From a virus (Duplodnaviria; Caudoviricetes), in IMG/VR virus record IMGVR_UViG_3300008262_000013: a stretch of 64,000 nt of DNA; one strand, given 5' to 3'. The notes under the pieces are model-generated. The model did not search any database and was not told where the DNA came from. It saw only the letters and a program-made list of their open reading frames with translations. Shown in pieces: positions 49,929-57,700 of the stretch. A program made the position numbers and the translations under genes. Every line of letters begins with the position of its first letter. The first letter of the stretch is position 1.

Positions 49929-50509
49929 CTGGACACACGGGATTTATTGGTAGAAATTTGGTCGAAGAATTTAAACGCCAAGGCTATAATCCAATTTTAA
50001 TAGACAAAAATTTTACACCAGTTAAGTGTGATAGGATATATCATTTGGCTTGTCCTGCAACTACATATCACATTACAAATAATACTATTAGTGTTATGGA
50101 TGCTATATTAGATTTAACTCGCAAAGCAATGAATATATGTAGTGATGCTTTATTTGTAAATGCTAGTTCTTTTGGCGCTGCTGATATTAATGAAAGTAAG
50201 CAAGGTGGATATAATGTTGCTAAAAGATGTATGGAAATATATTTGTCGCATTCTAAAATTAATTATATAAATTATAGAATACCTTCCGTTTATGGTCAAG
50301 ACGCCAGTACCGATTCCTTTATTAAAAGGTGTGTTTTAGGTACTGCTTACAAACCCACAAACTCCTCACAGATTTGGCCGATATCTCATGTTGATGATGT
50401 CGTTGAAGCTTTAATTAATCTTTCAGAAATTAAAATTGAATATATTACTTTGGGTGAAATATACGAACAATTTACTTCGGGAAAAAGAAATTTGATAAAA
50501 CATGAATAA
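49913..50509 (+). CDS. NAD-dependent epimerase/dehydratase
   Basis: IAVTGHTGFIG, IYHLA, YNVAK, YRIPSVYG. Confidence 0.85.
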   Translation: MEIAVTGHTGFIGRNLVEEFKRQGYNPILIDKNFTPVKCDRIYHLACPATTYHITNNTISVMDAILDLTRKAMNICSDALFVNASSFGAADINESKQGGYNVAKRCMEIYLSHSKINYINYRIPSVYGQDASTDSFIKRCVLGTAYKPTNSSQIWPISHVDDVVEALINLSEIKIEYITLGEIYEQFTSGKRNLIKHE

Positions 50510-51767
50510 TATAGAAAATATTACAGTTATTGGTGCAGGCACTACAGGTTATTTAACCGTTTTTCATTTGTGTGAAACTTATCCTAATAAAAAAATTACT
50601 TGGATTTATCCGAAAGAAAATCAACCAATCGGTGTTGGAGAAGCTATTATACCAGATGTTAGTAAATTTTTACAAAATTTTGGAGTTAAACATCAGGATA
50701 TATTAAAACATTGTAATGGAACACTAAAATTTGGAGTCTATCTGAAAGGATGGAATAAACCAGGAGAAGATTTTACTTTTCCTTTTGGTTTCGAATCTGC
50801 TAATCCTAGACACAACTCGTCCAGTCAAGATAGAATAATGAAAACTAATAAAATACCAAAAAGAATATTTGATTACCAAAACATTTCTACGCATTTTAGG
50901 GTTACCGAACTATTGGAATATCTAGACAACTATAAAAAGAAATATTCTAATTTAACTGTTATTAGAGAAAAGGTGACATTGAATGATATAAAAGACTGTT
51001 ATGATTTAATAATAGATTGCACTGGATTTGAAAGAACTGTTAGTTATATTCCAAATAATTTTAAAAACATTTCGGATAAAATACCAAATAATCAAGTTTT
51101 TCTTTTTAGACATACTTACACAGATAGGGAAAAACAATGTGTTCCTTATACCGTTGCAGAAGCAATGAATTATGGTTGGTGTTTTAATATTCCTTTAAGG
51201 AATGAATTGGCTTGCGGTTATGTACATGACGGAAAATTTGATGTTAAAGAAGAATATATTAATTATTTGGAAAAAAAGTTTAATATAAAAGTTGAACCTT
51301 CGAGTATAAAATCGTTAAAGATGGTAACTGGTAGAAATAAAATACATTTAAAAAACAATATTGTAGCTATGGGTCTTGCCTCATCTTTTATTGAACCGTT
51401 GGAATCTACAGGTTTATATTTGGTAACTAGTGCTCTTAGAAAATTGTGTGATTATATAGATAAGAAAATTACTGAAACTGAATATAATTTTTTTATTAAT
51501 GAAGAATTCGATACTATTACAGATTTTATAGTCGAACACTACAAATATTCTAAAAGAGACAATGAATATTGGAACTTTTATAAAAAAGTAAATACCAAAA
51601 AACGCACAGTTAATATATTTCCTAATTCTGGATGGGACACAATAAAAAGTGGTTTTCTCTCCGAAGTACCTAGGCCTACTGAACCCATGGATAGTAAAGA
51701 ATTAATTGAAATACATAAAGGTAAACCTTTTCATGAGTGGATATTAAACGAAGAAAATTACATATGA
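50502..51767 (+). CDS. Flavin-dependent (tryptophan-halogenase-family) enzyme, paralog of 48137-49480
   Basis: VIGAGTTG, IGVGEA, CNGTLKFG, GWCFNIP (degenerate WxWxIP), FIEPLESTG. Confidence 0.88.
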   Translation: MNNIENITVIGAGTTGYLTVFHLCETYPNKKITWIYPKENQPIGVGEAIIPDVSKFLQNFGVKHQDILKHCNGTLKFGVYLKGWNKPGEDFTFPFGFESANPRHNSSSQDRIMKTNKIPKRIFDYQNISTHFRVTELLEYLDNYKKKYSNLTVIREKVTLNDIKDCYDLIIDCTGFERTVSYIPNNFKNISDKIPNNQVFLFRHTYTDREKQCVPYTVAEAMNYGWCFNIPLRNELACGYVHDGKFDVKEEYINYLEKKFNIKVEPSSIKSLKMVTGRNKIHLKNNIVAMGLASSFIEPLESTGLYLVTSALRKLCDYIDKKITETEYNFFINEEFDTITDFIVEHYKYSKRDNEYWNFYKKVNTKKRTVNIFPNSGWDTIKSGFLSEVPRPTEPMDSKELIEIHKGKPFHEWILNEENYI

Positions 51768-52687
51768 ATAATTTGATATTAGGTGGAGCTGGTTTTATAG
51801 GACAGCACTTAACACATAAACTTTTAAAAACTAGACAACAAAGAGTTACTATAATAGATAATTTATCTACCAGTAAAATAAATTTAGATAACTTTTCTGA
51901 ATACAAAAATTTATTTAAATTTGTTGAAGGTGACATTTCCAAAATGGAAGATAAAGAACTACTCAAACATATGAGAGATCACAATAGAATTTTTCATTTT
52001 GCGGGCAGTGTTGGTGTCGAACATATTGATAAGGATCCATCAGGCACTCTTTTCAATAACAATTCTTTAACTAATAAATTAATACCATTATTTAAAGAAT
52101 CCAAGAGGCATGTAATATTTTCCAGTACCAGTGAAATTTACGGAAATGGACCCTTCAACGAAGAAGATTGTAGTAACATAGGACCTAGCAATAAGTTAAG
52201 ATGGGGATATGCAACAAGTAAATTGATGGCAGAATTTTTATTAAATGCTAGTGGTGTGCCGTATACTATTTTAAGATTTTTCAATATAGTTGGACCTGGA
52301 CAACTATCAGATTACGGTATGGTTTTACCTAAATTTATAGAAGCTGCAAAACGAAATGAAGATTTAATTGTTTATGGAACTGGTGAACAGATAAGGTGTT
52401 TTTTTCATATTGATGATGCGACAGATGCTATAATAAAATGTACCAATTTTAAAAATGAACTTTTTAATGTTGGAAATGATGAACCGATTACCATAAACAA
52501 ACTTGCCAAAAAAGTTATTAAAATAAGTGGATCTAGTAGTAAAATTGTTCACATTCCTTATGAAAAAGTTTTTAGTAAAAACCACGGTGATATACAAAAA
52601 AGAATTCCCGATATAACCAAACTCAGAGAAAAAACAAATTTCAGACCAAAGAAAAATTTGGATGATATCATAAAAGATATGTTATGA
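51764..52687 (+). CDS. NAD-dependent epimerase/UDP-glucuronate decarboxylase-like
   Basis: ILGGAGFIG, FHFAGSVGV, SSTSEIYG, RWGYATSK, LRFFNIVGP, GTGEQIRCF. Confidence 0.9.
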   Translation: MNNLILGGAGFIGQHLTHKLLKTRQQRVTIIDNLSTSKINLDNFSEYKNLFKFVEGDISKMEDKELLKHMRDHNRIFHFAGSVGVEHIDKDPSGTLFNNNSLTNKLIPLFKESKRHVIFSSTSEIYGNGPFNEEDCSNIGPSNKLRWGYATSKLMAEFLLNASGVPYTILRFFNIVGPGQLSDYGMVLPKFIEAAKRNEDLIVYGTGEQIRCFFHIDDATDAIIKCTNFKNELFNVGNDEPITINKLAKKVIKISGSSSKIVHIPYEKVFSKNHGDIQKRIPDITKLREKTNFRPKKNLDDIIKDML

Positions 52688-53328
52688 AAATAGTTTTTAT
52701 ATTTGCACATTTAGACGATGAGTCTTTTGGGCCAGCCGGAACAATATCAAAATTGTGTGAAGATAATGAAGTTACAATTGTATCTTTATGCAAAGGAAAT
52801 CGTCCAGGTAACGAACATGTTGAATCCAAAAGATTGAATTCTTTTTATAAAGTTTGTGATTATTTTGGTGCGAAACCTATAGTTTTTAATAACTCCGATT
52901 GCACTTTAACTTTAGAAAAGTGTTTGAGTGATGTTGAATTGGTTATCAACGAAATACAGCCAGAGATAGTCTTTACGAATAATATATCGGACATACATAG
53001 AGATCATAGAATAGTTTCCGAATCTGTTATGGTTGCCTGTAGACCTAAACCAAATTCTTCGGTAAAACAACTCTATATGTGCGAGATACCAGCTTCAACC
53101 GAATGGTCTATGGGTCAAATAGAGCCTATTTTTATACCAAATTATTTTGTGAATGTTGAGTATTATATGCATAAAAAGAAATTCGTATTGTCACTATATG
53201 ATACGGAAACGTATTCTTATCCTGATGCTAGATCAGAAAAAAGTATGATAGTTCTATCGGAACAAAGAGGTAAACAAGTTGGATATAATCACGCAGAATC
53301 ATTTAAGATGATATATAACCTTCAATAG
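52684..53328 (+). CDS. PIG-L/LmbE family de-N-acetylase
   Basis: FAHLDDESFG (HxDD), DIHRDH, YDTE. Confidence 0.88.
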   Translation: MKIVFIFAHLDDESFGPAGTISKLCEDNEVTIVSLCKGNRPGNEHVESKRLNSFYKVCDYFGAKPIVFNNSDCTLTLEKCLSDVELVINEIQPEIVFTNNISDIHRDHRIVSESVMVACRPKPNSSVKQLYMCEIPASTEWSMGQIEPIFIPNYFVNVEYYMHKKKFVLSLYDTETYSYPDARSEKSMIVLSEQRGKQVGYNHAESFKMIYNLQ

Positions 53329-53857
53329 AAACCCTCTCTCTACCATAAAATTCATTAATACCGTAAGACTTTAAGACGGTTTGATATAATCCATTTAAAT
53401 CGTTATTATATGGGAAACAAAACTTAACCGGAAAAATATTTAAGTTTTTATTGAACCATTCCAACATTAATTCGGTGTCCATTTTTATATGGTCTATTTT
53501 ATCTTTCAGGCTGCTGAAAAAATTCAAATTTTTGTGAAAATGTGAATGTCCTCCTATAATAACGTTTTTTCTAGTAGATAAATAACTTATCTGGTCCACA
53601 TTCATAAAATCTTCATAATTTCCTTCGAATGCTTTTTTATGGCAATTTTCGGAACTTATGAATTTTTTAGATTGTTTTCCTTTACAAATAATGTTTGTTG
53701 ATACAAAAAATATTTTTTCTGTTTCTATTTTTTCAATTTTTGGGTAATAATAGAAGTGGTTGTAAAGTCCATCATCAAAAGTTAGAACAAAATCTTTTAA
53801 TTTTGGAACTATTAAGTTTTTTTCTATTTTATGTATCATTAAAACTGGTTTGTCCAT
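53303..53857 (-). CDS. Polysaccharide deacetylase (NodB-like); start re-assigned to ATG 53857
   Basis: PVLMIH, LTFDDG, IGGHSHFH, FCFPYN. Confidence 0.85.
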   Translation of the reverse strand: MDKPVLMIHKIEKNLIVPKLKDFVLTFDDGLYNHFYYYPKIEKIETEKIFFVSTNIICKGKQSKKFISSENCHKKAFEGNYEDFMNVDQISYLSTRKNVIIGGHSHFHKNLNFFSSLKDKIDHIKMDTELMLEWFNKNLNIFPVKFCFPYNNDLNGLYQTVLKSYGINEFYGRERVSIEGYISS

Positions 53858-53861
53858 ATCA

Positions 53862-53869
53862 AATAAATA
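53862..53869 (+). promoter_or_regulatory. Possible late promoter (AATAAATA) upstream of the Fe-S carrier gene
   Basis: ATAAATA core followed by an AGGAG RBS in the 28-nt divergent gap. Confidence 0.4.
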
Positions 53870-53885
53870 TAGTAGGAGAAAATTA

Positions 53886-54200
53886 ATGCTTAATATAACT
53901 GAATCTGCTGTAAATGAAATCAAACAATATTTAGACGATGAAAACAAATACTTGAGGGTCTATGTTGAGGGTGGTGGATGTTCTGGTTTTAAATATGGTT
54001 TTGATTTTGAAGAATCTGTTTCCGAAGATGATTTTGAAATTCCTTTAGATGGTTTTTCAATTCTTGTAGACTCTTTCAGTATGCAATATTTGGAAACCGC
54101 AACTTTGAATTTCAAAGAAGATATTATGGGACACACTTTTACTATAGAAAACCCTAATGCACAGACGACCTGTGGCTGTGGAAGTAGCTTTTCGGTATAG
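53886..54200 (+). CDS. erpA: A-type Fe-S cluster carrier (ErpA/IscA/HesB family)
   Basis: LRVYVEGGGCSGFKYG, LVDSFSMQYL, NPNAQTTCGCGSSF; AGGAG RBS; the ErpA versus IscA distinction is tentative. Confidence 0.9.
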   Translation: MLNITESAVNEIKQYLDDENKYLRVYVEGGGCSGFKYGFDFEESVSEDDFEIPLDGFSILVDSFSMQYLETATLNFKEDIMGHTFTIENPNAQTTCGCGSSFSV

Positions 54201-54216
54201 TAAAGATGTCAGTTTG

Positions 54217-54224
54217 ACTAAATA
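54217..54224 (+). promoter_or_regulatory. Possible late promoter variant (ACTAAATA) restarting the structural operon
   Basis: CTAAATA variant upstream of a GGGAG RBS and GTG start at 54249. Confidence 0.4.
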
Positions 54225-54248
54225 CCACATTAACAAAGGGAGTTTAAT

Positions 54249-54581
54249 GTGGCTGAATTTGTAGAACTTACCATAGACCAGGGTGCGACTTTTAACACCG
54301 TAATTACTGTAAATGATGGTACCGGCGCAGGCCAAAACCTGTATGGATATATTGCCAGGTCCCAGATGAGAAAATCTTACTACTCCTCAACAAAATACGA
54401 TTTTAATGTTCAAGTGACCACTCCTAACATTGGAGAAATCACTATGATCATGTCAGCAGCAAATACTGCAAATTTAACTCCGGGACGATACGTTTATGAT
54501 GTAGAAATAGATGATGGCGCAGGTGAAATCACAAGAATTTTTGAAGGTATAATTACTGTCCTTCCTAACGTTACGAGATAA
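54249..54581 (+). CDS. Conserved T4-like virion protein (Ig/BppU-N-like beta-sandwich)
   Basis: LTIDQGATF, SQMRKSY, GRYVYDVEI, RIFEGIITV.PNVTR. Confidence 0.75.
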   Translation: MAEFVELTIDQGATFNTVITVNDGTGAGQNLYGYIARSQMRKSYYSSTKYDFNVQVTTPNIGEITMIMSAANTANLTPGRYVYDVEIDDGAGEITRIFEGIITVLPNVTR

Positions 54582-54584
54582 AAA

Positions 54585-54785
54585 ATGCCAATAAATGTAA
54601 ACGTAAAACCACAAAAAACAACTATATCTTCGGTTACCGTGGCCAGAACTGCAAATTTAGCTCTATCACAATTGAATAATGTTGAAACTCAGGGTGTGGA
54701 AGAAGGATTCGTTTTGACTTATGAATCTGGATCCAATAAGTATGTTATGAAAGAAATTCCTGTAATTAACGGCGGAAGCTTCTAA
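54585..54785 (+). CDS. Small hypothetical virion-module protein
   Basis: 66 aa, LSQLNNV...GFVLTY...INGGSF motif common before fibre genes. Confidence 0.6.
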   Translation: MPINVNVKPQKTTISSVTVARTANLALSQLNNVETQGVEEGFVLTYESGSNKYVMKEIPVINGGSF

Positions 54786-57700
54786 GTGTCAACAGCAATT
54801 GTAACCAAGTATTCTACCGCGAATACTGTACCTACTGCAAACTCACTTCTTGGTGGTGAATTAGCTTATTCATTTCCTTCTGGTAATTTATTCATAGGAA
54901 CTGAAGCCGGATCGTATGAAATTATTGGTGGTAGTTATTACACTAACATAATAGATCAGAGAAGTAGTAACACTTCATCCGGAACTTTAGTTTTACGGAA
55001 TGTAGATGGTGATATTAGAACTAGTGTTTTTATATCAACACAAGATGATACTCCTGGATTTATTGGAAATTTAGATGGTATTGCGGATAGAGCAAACGCA
55101 CTCCATAATTCAGTTCAAATAGTTCTTTCGGGTGATGTTCAATCGAATGTATTTACGACCTTTGGTAATACAGTTAATTTTCAAGTTGAATTAAGTACTA
55201 TAGTTCCCGGTGTATCTGGTACATACGGTAATTCTACTAATATTCCTGTAATTACAGTTGACACCAAGGGTAGAGTAACAGCTGTTTCCAATTTAGCGAT
55301 TTCTGTAGCATCACAAGAACAAGCAACTGCTGCCTTTGATAAAGCTAATGCAGCAAATGTATTAGCGCAAGCAGCTTTTAATGCAGCCAATAGTTTAAGT
55401 CCCAATTTTAATCAGTCTGCATTTGATCGTGCTAATGCGGCTTTTAATTTAGCAAATTCTAGTTCTTTAGCTGCTAATACTCCTAGTTCAATTGCAAATA
55501 TAGCTTTAGATTTGGCTGGACTAAGTTATATACATGCTAATGCGGCTTTTGCTGTTGCGAATACTGGAGCTAACGCAGGACAAACTGCAAATGAAGCCTA
55601 CAGTTTAGTCAGTTATGTTTCAACTTCCGTAAATGCTTCGTTTGATACAGCAAATTCAGCTTATGATGCTTCAGTAAATACAGCTAATATTGTTGTTGCT
55701 CTTGGTGAGTTAATACAGAGTTTTCAGGGAGTTGCAGTAAATGCTGAAAATATTTCAGTATCTACAAATACTTCTACTACATTAGCTTATAGACACGCCA
55801 ACGCTTCATTTAATGCTGCTAATACTAAATTAAGTTTAACTGGCGGCACAATTAATGGTAACGTATCGATTGTTGGTAATTTAAGTATATCGGGTGATGT
55901 CAATTATATTGGCACAAATCAGTTACTTATTGGCGACAATATCATCACATTAAATGCTGATTTACCTAACAATTTAGCTCCCACTCAAAATGCTGGCATA
56001 GAAGTTGCAAGAGGTTCCTCATCAAATGTTCATATAACATGGAATGAAGTTGCAGATAGATGGACATTTACAAACGATGGTACAAACTATAGTAATTTTG
56101 CAACAGACTCAGCCGAGTCATATGCGAATGCCGCCTTTGCACAAGCTAATTCATCATTTGCATTAGGTACTCAAGCTGGTATTAGTGTTAGTGCAGCTTT
56201 TGATAGAACCAACTCTGCATTTACAAGAACAAATTCTTCGTTTAGTCAAGCAAATGCCTCCTATAATACGGCTAATGCAGCGTTTATACAGGCTAATACA
56301 CCAAGTCATGTTGCAAACTCCGCGTCACTTTATGCCAATGCAGCGTTTGCTGCTGCGAATTCTTTAAGTCCAGAGTTCAACCAGAGTTCTTTTGATAAAG
56401 CTAATGCAGCTTTTAATTCTTCAAACTCTGTTGCTAACGTAGTAGGTTCTTATTCTAATTCAGCATACACTCATGCGAATGCGGCATTTGCTGCTGCAAA
56501 TTCAATTACGTTTTCTGTAACTGACTTATATGCAAGAGCTCATTCTAATGCTGCTTATACAAATGCCAATAATACGTTAGCTGTAGCAGATTCTTCTTAT
56601 ACACAGGCAAACCTTGCTACTGTTATTGCTGTTGCTGCTTATGCTAAGGCGAATAGTATTATTGATTTGGCAACAGGTCAAGCAGCTTTCGATGCTTCGA
56701 ATAGTGCTGGTAATTATGCTAATTCCAGTTTTATACATTCTAATGCAGCATTTGCTTATGCAAATACTTTAGCTGCTGACTCTGTAGACTTCTTTGCTAG
56801 ACCTCATGTTAATGCGGCATTTACACATGCCAATGCATCGTTTATACATGTAAACTCCGCATTTAGTGCCGTAAATACTAAATTCTCATCTTCTGGTGGA
56901 ACAATTACCGGTAATGTAATAATTAACGGTAATGTAACGATAGATGCAATTCAGGCATCACTTAGTGTATCGACTTTAAGTGTGCAAGACAATATTATTG
57001 ATATTTCATCGGAGACAGTTGGTACACCTACAAATCCTGCTGGTATTAGAGTAATTCGTGGAGATGAGGTACCCGTACAGTTTAGATGGAACGAATCATT
57101 ATTAAAATGGACATTTACTAATGATGGATTTACTTATAGTAATGTAGGTTCGTCAACTGCTGAAGAATATGCTAACTCAGCTTTCTTAAAGTCCAACTCA
57201 TCTTATGAGAGTCAGAATACAACAGGCATTTATGCTAACTTAGCTTTCACTCATGCAAATTCTGCTTATGAAAGTCAGAATGTAACAGGCATTTATGCTA
57301 ATTCCGCTTATTCTTTAGCTAATACTAAATTCTCATCTTCTGGTGGTACTGTAAGTGGTGATATCGTTGTTACTGGCAATTTAACAATAGTTGGTGAGAC
57401 AGTTTATGCTAATACACAAACTGTATTAATCAAAGATAATATAATTACATTAAATGCAGCAACCAATTTATTATCTCCTGCTATCTTTAATGCTGGTATA
57501 GAGGTTAATAGAGGATCATTATCAAACGTAGCTTTAATTTGGAATGAAACTGTAGACAATTGGCAGTATACGGTAGATGGAACAACCTATACAAACCTTT
57601 CTTCTGCATCGGCCGAATCTTACGCTAATGCAGCATTTGCTGCACAAAACACAACTGCAATTTACGCCAACTCATCCTTTAGTGCAGCTAATACTGCTGA

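Noticed and set aside
266-56367. Numerous other 60-150-aa ORFs overlapping recognised genes (e.g. 3830-4228, 7769-8071, 28073-28531, 45044-45457, 48716-49042)
   Set aside because: Fully nested in or antisense to motif-supported genes, with no RBS or recognisable motifs.
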